A DNA stretch of 64,000 bases from a virus, in the IMG/VR virus record IMGVR_UViG_3300043570_001741, positions 32,001 to 96,000 of that record. The stretch is one strand, 5' to 3'. A program made the translations under genes and the position numbers. Shown here piece after piece: positions 20,135 through 28,317 of this stretch; position 1 is the stretch's first letter, and each line of letters opens with the position of its first letter. The notes below the pieces were generated by a model, which had not been told where the DNA came from, searched no databases, and saw only the letters and a program-made list of their open reading frames with translations.

Positions 20135-20833
20135 ATGAAAATTGCTTTATGTTTATCTGGCCAAGCCAGAAGTTTCAAACAAGGTTATGAATACTATAAA
20201 AGAAACCTATTAGACAAACACGATGTGGATATATTCATTCACACATGGGAAGCTGAAGGCCTTGAAGAACTCCGTCAGTTGTATAAACCTGTAAAGATGG
20301 TGGTTGAGAAACCATTGGTTGGTGATTTTGATAAGAAGTACACAAACACACCAAATGCACAGGCACACCCATCACGCTTCACGGTGGCTATGTTGTATTC
20401 TATTTTCCAAACTATGTTGTATAAGACAGAACAGGAAATGGATAAAAAGTTTCTGTATGATTGGGTTATCAAGTCACGTACAGATTATGCCTTGAATGTG
20501 GAGATTCCATTTGCAGATTTGGATCCAACTAAGTTGTATATTCCAAATTGCAGAATGGTGCCTGAACGTGATTTTGGTAATGACCAATTTGCATTTGGTA
20601 ATTCAAATGTGATGAATCGTAGAATGTCAATTTACTTGAATATGGAACACTACTATGACCAAGGTGTTCAGATGATTGGTGAAGATATGATGAGAGCTCA
20701 TCTACACCACCACAGTCTTATTGGTGAGAATCTAGTTTATGTGAACATGAACAACCCATTTCCACCTGGCCAATTTAACGGCACTTGGCATAGTTTAATT
20801 AGGGATGATGCTGCCGAATGGAAGAAAAAGTAA
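20135..20833 (+). CDS. Glycosyltransferase-like protein, paralogous to the preceding ORF
   Basis: MKIALCLSGQAR, DIFIHTW, YDWVIKSRTD, NDQFAFG. Confidence 0.6.
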   Translation: MKIALCLSGQARSFKQGYEYYKRNLLDKHDVDIFIHTWEAEGLEELRQLYKPVKMVVEKPLVGDFDKKYTNTPNAQAHPSRFTVAMLYSIFQTMLYKTEQEMDKKFLYDWVIKSRTDYALNVEIPFADLDPTKLYIPNCRMVPERDFGNDQFAFGNSNVMNRRMSIYLNMEHYYDQGVQMIGEDMMRAHLHHHSLIGENLVYVNMNNPFPPGQFNGTWHSLIRDDAAEWKKK

Positions 20834-21558
20834 TTAAAGAACTTAAAGGACATTCTGGTAGTAAAATCTATCTAATGTCTGATAAGTATAAAAAATTCAT
20901 TAGAAAAGTTGGTAACACAGAAAGAAACTACGAGAGGTTAATTTCTCTCGCTGGTTATTATCCTGTACCTAACATCTTTGAATACAAAGACCCCGTGTTG
21001 GATATGGAATATATTCATGGCCTAGACATGAAGAACTATTTGTTATCTGGTTCAACACAGAATTTAACCAATTTTCTATTAGATATATTAAGTAGTTTTG
21101 CGGATAGTGTGGTTGACAAAGACTACACAGAAGTGTATAATAAGAAGTTGGAATGGGTTGATAAAGAAGATTTGCCTTTTACCAAAGATGAATTGATTGC
21201 TAAGTTGCCTAAAATTCTACCACAGTCACAGTATCATGGTGATTTGACTTTGGAGAATATACTGCATACAAGCAACGAATTCTATATGATTGACGCAGTT
21301 ACTATTGAATATGATTCATACATATTTGATATTGCTAAACTCAGACAGGATTTAGAATGCAAATGGTTTCTACGTGATACAAACCTGATGTTAGATGTTA
21401 AGTTGTCAAGCATTCAGAAAAGAATTCTAAAAGAGTTTCCATTAGCCAACAATGATTATATTCTAATATTGATGTTGTTGCGAGTATACCTACACACAAA
21501 ACCAGGCGACATGGAAAGACAATTTATAGTGAAAGAGATTAATAGATTATGGAAGTAA
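20818..21558 (+). CDS. APH/choline-kinase-like phosphotransferase
   Basis: GHSG loop, HGDLTLENIL, MID, D.AKLRQD. Confidence 0.8.
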   Translation: MEEKVIKELKGHSGSKIYLMSDKYKKFIRKVGNTERNYERLISLAGYYPVPNIFEYKDPVLDMEYIHGLDMKNYLLSGSTQNLTNFLLDILSSFADSVVDKDYTEVYNKKLEWVDKEDLPFTKDELIAKLPKILPQSQYHGDLTLENILHTSNEFYMIDAVTIEYDSYIFDIAKLRQDLECKWFLRDTNLMLDVKLSSIQKRILKEFPLANNDYILILMLLRVYLHTKPGDMERQFIVKEINRLWK

Positions 21559-22247
21559 TTGTACCGGCCGCAGGCCTATCAACTAGGTTTCCAAATATGA
21601 AACCAAAATATCTTCTGTTAGATAAAAATGACAGAATGATGTTAGCTAAATCCATCAACCCATATTTGTCTGAGGGTCACAATGTTACTGTTGGTATTCT
21701 TCAGGCACACATTGACAAATACGATTCTTACAACCTTTTAAAGGCTCAGTTTGGTGATAAGATTAACATTATTGTTATTCCAAAAGTAACAAGTGGTCCT
21801 GCTGATACTGTTTATCAGATTATTAAGGCTGCAAATATACCTGAAGACTCTGAGTTTTTGATTAAAGACTGTGATAGTTACTTCACACATACCAATACAC
21901 CTGGCAACTATGTCTGTATTAGTAGAATTGCAAACCATTTCATGTTAAGTAATTTGGCTGCCAAGAGTTTCGTGGTTTCAAATGAACAAGGCATTATTAC
22001 TGATATCATTGAGAAGAAAGTGGTATCTGATAAGTTTTGTGTTGGTGGTTATAAGTTTGAATCCATCAAACTCTATGTTGATACATATGAGAAATTAAAT
22101 AGTAATGTACATAATGAAATTTTTGTTTCACACATCATACAAGAATGCCTAATGAACGATTGTATCTTCTTTGAGAAGGATGTACAAGGTTATAATGATG
22201 TTGGAACAATAGAAGATTGGCGAAAATATAATGAGTCTCTTACCTGA
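21549..22247 (+). CDS. Sugar-phosphate nucleotidyltransferase
   Basis: PAAGLSTRF...PKYLL, T.GPADT, DCD, EK, DVGT. Confidence 0.8.
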   Translation: MEVIVPAAGLSTRFPNMKPKYLLLDKNDRMMLAKSINPYLSEGHNVTVGILQAHIDKYDSYNLLKAQFGDKINIIVIPKVTSGPADTVYQIIKAANIPEDSEFLIKDCDSYFTHTNTPGNYVCISRIANHFMLSNLAAKSFVVSNEQGIITDIIEKKVVSDKFCVGGYKFESIKLYVDTYEKLNSNVHNEIFVSHIIQECLMNDCIFFEKDVQGYNDVGTIEDWRKYNESLT

Positions 22248-22941
22248 TAAAAACCTAATCATTGTCACATCGGCATTGGCACCAAACATAGGTGTTATTC
22301 CAAATGAAGACAGATATAAACAAACGATTGATTCGTTGGTGTCTCTACGTAAACACTTTCCAAATGATATCATTTTATTTACTGATGGTTCACCAAATGA
22401 AGTTGACCAAAAATGGTTAGAAAACATTTCAAACCATGCCGACATTATGGCAGTGTGGCACCAAGACAAAGATGTGAACCACTATGCAAGCGGTGGTATG
22501 AAAAGTCAGGCTGAACTTGTGTTGTTAATGAAAACAATTAATGTGTTGTACAACAATCCAGACTTGATGAGTATGATGCATAGTGTTAAACGTATCTTTA
22601 AATACTCGGCACGTACAGTATTGCTTGATGAGTTTGATTTAAAAGAGTATGATGGTCTATTTGGAAAGTATGTGTTTAAGAAGGCCATTCCATCTTGGAT
22701 GCCTGATGAAGCTAAGTTGATGTTAACAGACCACTTGTACATCACTAGGATGTATTCATTGTGCCCATCATTGGTGAAGGATTACATGGCAACTTTGATG
22801 GCTTGTTTAGAAAATACTAATCAAGGAATGGATACAGAACACGCACACCACATGAACATAGATAAACGATACGTGATTGAATTTGATAAACTGCATTGTT
22901 CTGGCATAATGGCCAGTACAGGCGCAACTGAGGTATATTAA
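22231..22941 (+). CDS. Hypothetical protein in glycan cluster
   Basis: Coupled ORF; IVTSA, R..QT..S, FK.S.R, EH. Confidence 0.6.
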   Translation: MSLLPDKNLIIVTSALAPNIGVIPNEDRYKQTIDSLVSLRKHFPNDIILFTDGSPNEVDQKWLENISNHADIMAVWHQDKDVNHYASGGMKSQAELVLLMKTINVLYNNPDLMSMMHSVKRIFKYSARTVLLDEFDLKEYDGLFGKYVFKKAIPSWMPDEAKLMLTDHLYITRMYSLCPSLVKDYMATLMACLENTNQGMDTEHAHHMNIDKRYVIEFDKLHCSGIMASTGATEVY

Positions 22942-22942
22942 T

Positions 22943-23626
22943 ATGGATTTAAAAGAATACTGGCTAAACAACAACGGCAAAAAGATTACAAAGTGGACTC
23001 ATTACTTTTGGGTATATGACCGACACTTTGCGGCACTACGAGATAAACCAATTAAGATGTTGGAGATTGGTGTATTGAATGGTGGTTCATTGGAAATGTG
23101 GAAGAAATACTTCCATCCTGATAGTACAATCGTAGGTATTGATATTACACCTAGTTGTAAAGACTTTGAAGATGCTGAGAATAATGTTCATGTCCGCATC
23201 GGTGACCAATCTGATCCAGAATTCTTACAAAGCCTTGTAGATGAATTTGGTGAGTTTGATTTGGTTTTGGATGATGGCAGTCACCATGTTGACCATGTGA
23301 ACAAAACATTCCAGTCCTTGTATCCAAAGATTGCTAAAGATGGTGTTTACTTCATTGAAGATACACATGCGGCATATTGGAATTCTCATGGAGGTTCTAT
23401 TGACCATCCAGATTCAATCAACAATGTGGCCAAGACCATGATTGATAAGTTGAATGCAGACCACACCAAAGGTCAAATTGCACCAGATTTCTTCACACAT
23501 GAAACAAAGTGCATGTCGTGTTATGATAGTATTGTGGTGTTTGAGCGTGGTAATGTGGGTGCTAAAATTCCACAAGAGTATGGTGGACCAAAATCTGATG
23601 AGGTTTTGATTATCAGAACTCACTAA
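22943..23626 (+). CDS. Class I SAM-dependent (sugar O-) methyltransferase
   Basis: LEIGV..GGSL, GIDI, GDQ.D, DDGSH, YFIED. Confidence 0.85.
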   Translation: MDLKEYWLNNNGKKITKWTHYFWVYDRHFAALRDKPIKMLEIGVLNGGSLEMWKKYFHPDSTIVGIDITPSCKDFEDAENNVHVRIGDQSDPEFLQSLVDEFGEFDLVLDDGSHHVDHVNKTFQSLYPKIAKDGVYFIEDTHAAYWNSHGGSIDHPDSINNVAKTMIDKLNADHTKGQIAPDFFTHETKCMSCYDSIVVFERGNVGAKIPQEYGGPKSDEVLIIRTH

Positions 23627-23666
23627 ATACTAAATAAGACATTAACAACTGCTGCAGAGGCGGGAC

Positions 23667-25853
23667 ATGAAATTTAGAGAATTTATTACTGAGAATAAAG
23701 AGAAACATGCGGTCATGGCGTTTGGCCGTATGAATCCACCTACAACCGGACATGAAGTCTTGGTCAATAAGGTTAAATCGGTTGCAAAACAAGTTGGTGG
23801 TTCCCATCACATCATTCTGTCTCATTCACAAGATGCCGCTAAGAATCCTCTTACTGCGGCACAAAAAGTAAAACATGCCAAAAGGTTCTTTCCAGATACA
23901 AACATATCTGTTGCAACCAAAGAAGAACCAAACTTCCTAACACAAGCAGCCAAGTTACACAAACAAGGTGTAACACATCTACACATGGTCGCAGGCGCTG
24001 ACCGTACCGCAGAGTACCACAAACTGTTGCACAAATACAACGGGACACATGAAGGTGCTCTTTTCAACTTCAAAAAGATAACTGTACATAACGCAGGTGA
24101 ACGTGACCCTGATGCTGAAGGTACAGAAGGCATGTCCGCTTCAAAGATGCGTAAACATGCAGGCTCTGGTAATTTTGATGACTTTAAACAAGGCATTCCA
24201 AAACATGTGCCAGAACACCATGCGAAAGAATTATTCCGTGATGTTCGTAAAGGCATGAGCATTAAAGAGTCTATTGACCTTAACGAAGAATTTGAAATTC
24301 TTTTGGAAGGCGTACACGACCAATCCATCTTCAAAGCTATCTTCTTAGCAGGTGGTCCTGGTTCTGGTAAAGATTATGTGTTAGACAATACACTTGATGG
24401 TCAAGGTTTAACAGAAATTAATTCAGACAAGGCACTTGAGTTCTTAATGGACAAAGAAGGTCTTGATAAGATGATGCCTGTTGGCGAAACAGAGAAACGT
24501 GACTTTGTTCGTGGTCGTGCAAAGAACATTACAGAGTTGCGTCAACAACTTGCACTATTAGGTCGCAATGGTTTGATTATCAATGGTACAGGTGATGATG
24601 TAGCTAAAACAAAACGCATCAAAGACCAATTAGAAAAACTTGGTTACGATACTGCCATGTTGTTGGTGAATACAAGAGATGATATCTCCGCTCAAAGAAA
24701 TATTGAACGTGGCCAACGTGGTGGTCGTGCGGTACCAGAACCAATTCGTAAAGAAAAGTGGGATAGTGTACAGTTAGCACGTACTGAATATGCTCAAATG
24801 TTTGGTGATAAGTATAAAGAATTTGATAACTCTGAAGACTTGAGGCAAGCTGATCCTGAAACAGTTAAGGCAAAGAAGTCTGAGCTGTTACAATTATATA
24901 CAGGTTTTAAAGAATTCGTTTCTACACCACCACAGTCAGAAGAATCTAAATTTTGGGTTGCTAATGAGTTGGATAAGAAAGACACTTTACCAGTTCAAAC
25001 TGATGGTGCTGAACAACTGCCTGCGTCTGATGATGCAACTGGTGAAGAAGCTAGAAAACTCGGTCTACAATACTATGGTTTTGGTAGATATGGCAGAAAT
25101 GGTAAAGTTACACATCGTTCTGTACATGGTCAATTGGTTTTGGTCAATAAAGAAGAACCAAAACAACCAAAGATTCCTGTGAGTAGTTCATCACAGAAAC
25201 CTGTTAAACCGGTTGTTAAAGAATCATCTGATTTGATATATGAAGATGGTTTGTTACGAGACAAGGCCGGTAAATTGCGTGTCTTCATGCTTAGAAATAC
25301 TGCAGCAAAAGAAGCACACACTAAAAATGGAACCATTATTAAACACAATAATGGTTATGTTGTTAAACTTAATGGAGAAAATAAAAATGCTAAATTATCT
25401 GAAGAAATTATTTCAAACCAAACCAAAAGAACAAGCTCCTTTGGTGAGTCCAGTTCTGGAAGAAATCGTAGTACCGGTGCCAGTGATAGAACCAACACCG
25501 GAACCAGTGCCAGTTCCAGTACAGGAAGTTGTTGTGGAACCAGCACCTGCACCTGTGACACCAAGCCAACCACCGAAGAAACAACCCGTAGCAAAATCAC
25601 ACTTGCAGAAATCCGCACCCGCCAAAAAGAAAAAGTAATTGAGTCTATCAATAATGGTGAATCTGGTCTTTCGATGGCTGCATCTGGTGAGAACCTTGGC
25701 CGTGATACAACAAGAATTAAGACACTAAAGAAACCATTAGAAGAACTGACTGGCGATGAAACAACCATGAGTATCGGTGACCAAAAAGAAGGCGAACTGA
25801 AACGAATTGGTATTAATCTTAAAACATTTAAATCTAAAAAGGTTATAGGATGA
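23667..25853 (+). CDS. Cytidylyltransferase-like domain fused to zeta-toxin-like P-loop kinase, with capsid-targeting-like N-terminus
   Basis: FGRMNPPTTGH, G.DR, MSASKMR; then GGPGSGK, RN..R...GGR; preceded by CTAAATA late-promoter-like sites. Confidence 0.75.
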   Translation: MKFREFITENKEKHAVMAFGRMNPPTTGHEVLVNKVKSVAKQVGGSHHIILSHSQDAAKNPLTAAQKVKHAKRFFPDTNISVATKEEPNFLTQAAKLHKQGVTHLHMVAGADRTAEYHKLLHKYNGTHEGALFNFKKITVHNAGERDPDAEGTEGMSASKMRKHAGSGNFDDFKQGIPKHVPEHHAKELFRDVRKGMSIKESIDLNEEFEILLEGVHDQSIFKAIFLAGGPGSGKDYVLDNTLDGQGLTEINSDKALEFLMDKEGLDKMMPVGETEKRDFVRGRAKNITELRQQLALLGRNGLIINGTGDDVAKTKRIKDQLEKLGYDTAMLLVNTRDDISAQRNIERGQRGGRAVPEPIRKEKWDSVQLARTEYAQMFGDKYKEFDNSEDLRQADPETVKAKKSELLQLYTGFKEFVSTPPQSEESKFWVANELDKKDTLPVQTDGAEQLPASDDATGEEARKLGLQYYGFGRYGRNGKVTHRSVHGQLVLVNKEEPKQPKIPVSSSSQKPVKPVVKESSDLIYEDGLLRDKAGKLRVFMLRNTAAKEAHTKNGTIIKHNNGYVVKLNGENKNAKLSEEIISNQTKRTSSFGESSSGRNRSTGASDRTNTGTSASSSTGSCCGTSTCTCDTKPTTEETTRSKITLAEIRTRQKEKVIESINNGESGLSMAASGENLGRDTTRIKTLKKPLEELTGDETTMSIGDQKEGELKRIGINLKTFKSKKVIG
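25387..25638 (+). CDS. Overprinted 83-aa Pro/Val/Glu/Lys-rich protein nested in an alternative frame
   Basis: GGAG at 25374 then ATG; MLNYLKKLF amphipathic start, PEPV-like repeats, basic tail. Confidence 0.6.
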   Translation: MLNYLKKLFQTKPKEQAPLVSPVLEEIVVPVPVIEPTPEPVPVPVQEVVVEPAPAPVTPSQPPKKQPVAKSHLQKSAPAKKKK

Positions 25854-26143
25854 AATCATTTAAAGCATTCATAACAGAAACGCCTGCTTGGACACGTAAA
25901 GAGGGCAAGAACCCTGAAGGTGGTTTAAACCGCAAGGGTATTGAATCTTATCGCCGTGAAAATCCAGGTTCTAAACTATCGATGGCAGTTACAACTAAGC
26001 CATCAAAATTGAAGCCTGGTTCTAAGGCCGCAAATCGTAGAAAATCATTCTGTGCTCGTATGGGCGGCATGGAAGGCCCAATGAAAAAACCTAATGGTGA
26101 ACCAACTCGCAAAGCCCTTGCACTCAAAAAATGGAATTGCTAA
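25850..26143 (+). CDS. DUF6321-like basic protein, putative internal head protein
   Basis: MKSFKAFITE; GGLN.KG...YR, RRKSFCARM, AL.KWNC. Confidence 0.7.
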   Translation: MKSFKAFITETPAWTRKEGKNPEGGLNRKGIESYRRENPGSKLSMAVTTKPSKLKPGSKAANRRKSFCARMGGMEGPMKKPNGEPTRKALALKKWNC

Positions 26144-26746
26144 ATGTCAACTAACACAACATTCAAAATCTTTACCGACAAAATGGGCGGTACAAGAGCC
26201 AACACATATATTGGTACAACTGGTGAAGTATTTTATGATGTAGACGGCACATCAGCAATGAGGCTATCTAATGGCGTAACACCTGGTGGTATACCATTTG
26301 GCGTTTCTTCTGTTAGTGCATCATATGCTCCTGAATTTAAAACTGTTTCTGGTAATACGTTACCTGGTACCGTAACAACTGGCGCTTATGTTAAACAAGG
26401 TGCAATTGTTCATTTTAGAGTCAATGTTAATTTTGCAAATACATCAGATTTTGGAAGTGCTAGTCAATATAAACTAACATTGCCTTTTCCTGCGGCAGCA
26501 ACAGTAACAATTCGTGGTGGATCATTGCACAGTAAACCTGCTAATCCAGCAAACAATGCAATATATCACATTGCTGGAATTACTGACATTGAAGAACCTG
26601 CTTCTTCAAATACGGAGATGTTACTTTATTATTCTGGTAGTACAACAGACTTAGCATGGAAATCAACTACGCCAGTTAATGCAACATCAAATGTTAGCCA
26701 TTTTGATATTAGTGGTGCTTATGAAACGTCATCACTAACCGTATAA
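26144..26746 (+). CDS. Putative virion/fibre-associated protein
   Basis: YIG..GE.FYD...R.S.G.TPGG motif followed by a beta-rich domain. Confidence 0.5.
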   Translation: MSTNTTFKIFTDKMGGTRANTYIGTTGEVFYDVDGTSAMRLSNGVTPGGIPFGVSSVSASYAPEFKTVSGNTLPGTVTTGAYVKQGAIVHFRVNVNFANTSDFGSASQYKLTLPFPAAATVTIRGGSLHSKPANPANNAIYHIAGITDIEEPASSNTEMLLYYSGSTTDLAWKSTTPVNATSNVSHFDISGAYETSSLTV

Positions 26747-26775
26747 TTTAATAAAAACAAAAACAGGAGAAACTC

Positions 26776-28317
26776 ATGTATTCAGATAACAAACAAATTC
26801 GTGATGTAGCAGATGTTGCTGCACGAATCATGGCTGGTTTACCACCACTTGAAGAAAAATTGCATCCAAATCAACAAAAGATTGATGTGGTTGACGATGA
26901 AAAGATTGATGGTAAAGATTTTGCCAAACTTCGTAAGATGAAGAAGGAAGAAATCGAGATTGAAGAAGAAAGTCATCAATCTAAGACTACAATGAAACAC
27001 ATTCCAAATCCAACACCTGCACAAAAACAAGCAGCTAAAGATATTAAACCCGGCGTTGGCGGTTATCGTGACCGTATTGATATGCTTAAAAGTGCCGGCG
27101 TTAAAGAGGAAGTTGAAGCAATCGATGAAGTTAAGATGGCTGATTTGCCATCAACTAAAGTTCAAGGTCGTGCATATGGTTCATCTAAACCAGAAGCAAG
27201 TGCATTTGATGTACTAAAAGGACCAAAAGATAAAGAATTGAAATCTATTGAGTCTGAGAAGAAGAAAAAGAAAATGTCTGAAATGGTTGCCACATATAAA
27301 GATGGCGGCATGAAGGCATTCTTTGAGTCTATTGAGAAAGAGGAAATGATTTCTGAAGAACCTGATTCTGCTCAATTTGCAAAAGAATTGGAAGACCAAA
27401 AGAAACGTGCAGCTGGTACTAAACCACAAGCTGAAGTTGCTAAACCATCCGTTCAAGCAGTTCAACAAGAAAGAATTGAAATTACCGATGAAATGATTTT
27501 TGAAGTTCTTGAAAATGCTGGTATTGATTTTGAATCATTGAGTGATGATGAATTGCAAATAGCTGCAAATGAGGCATATGAAGTTCTTCATGAAATTTCA
27601 ACAAAGACTTTAGCTAAAGCCGCTAGTGCTGCTTCTGACCCTGATGCAGACTATCATTATGGTAAGTCACACGACCCGCAAAAGTTTGCAGACCATGCTA
27701 AAAAGACTAAAGATGCAAAATCAGCAGCTGCTGTTCAAGGTGCCGCTGATGCGAAAGGCCACTATACAAGACCAGGGCATAGTCTTGGGTCCTATGATAA
27801 ACTTGCACACAGAACTCCTGCTCGTGTGACTGGTGTTGGAAAAGCAAATAAACAAGATGTTAACAAATTAAAAAAGAGTATAAGTCTAAATGCTGAAGCA
27901 ACTGAACAAGACATTTACGTTATCGATGCAGATTTGGCTAATGGTGTAGATGCTGTTAACATTGAAGAACGTACATTGACTGCCGGTGAGACAAAGAAGA
28001 AAGAAGAAATTGTTAAATCTATGAAAAAAGGTTTGGCAGGTTTCAAAGAGCGTTATGGTGACCGTGCTAAGAATGTCATGTATGCAACCGCCACTAAAAA
28101 TGCCATGAAAGAAGAAAAAGAAGACCATCATCAAAAAGGTTACGACCATGTGCGTGAGCCTATTTCTGATGAACCATATCTCGATAATGCTCGTGTAAGA
28201 TTTAACGAATTAAAAAAACAAAATCCTCATAAAAAAGGATCTCAAGAGCACAAAGATTGGCATTCTGGAGCATCAGCTGCATATGAAGAACATAAAGACA
28301 TATTAAGAGGCAAATAA
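26776..28317 (+). CDS. Modular E/K-rich putative internal head polyprotein
   Basis: Modules separated by EE/LxE linkers; AGGAG RBS. Confidence 0.55.
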   Translation: MYSDNKQIRDVADVAARIMAGLPPLEEKLHPNQQKIDVVDDEKIDGKDFAKLRKMKKEEIEIEEESHQSKTTMKHIPNPTPAQKQAAKDIKPGVGGYRDRIDMLKSAGVKEEVEAIDEVKMADLPSTKVQGRAYGSSKPEASAFDVLKGPKDKELKSIESEKKKKKMSEMVATYKDGGMKAFFESIEKEEMISEEPDSAQFAKELEDQKKRAAGTKPQAEVAKPSVQAVQQERIEITDEMIFEVLENAGIDFESLSDDELQIAANEAYEVLHEISTKTLAKAASAASDPDADYHYGKSHDPQKFADHAKKTKDAKSAAAVQGAADAKGHYTRPGHSLGSYDKLAHRTPARVTGVGKANKQDVNKLKKSISLNAEATEQDIYVIDADLANGVDAVNIEERTLTAGETKKKEEIVKSMKKGLAGFKERYGDRAKNVMYATATKNAMKEEKEDHHQKGYDHVREPISDEPYLDNARVRFNELKKQNPHKKGSQEHKDWHSGASAAYEEHKDILRGK

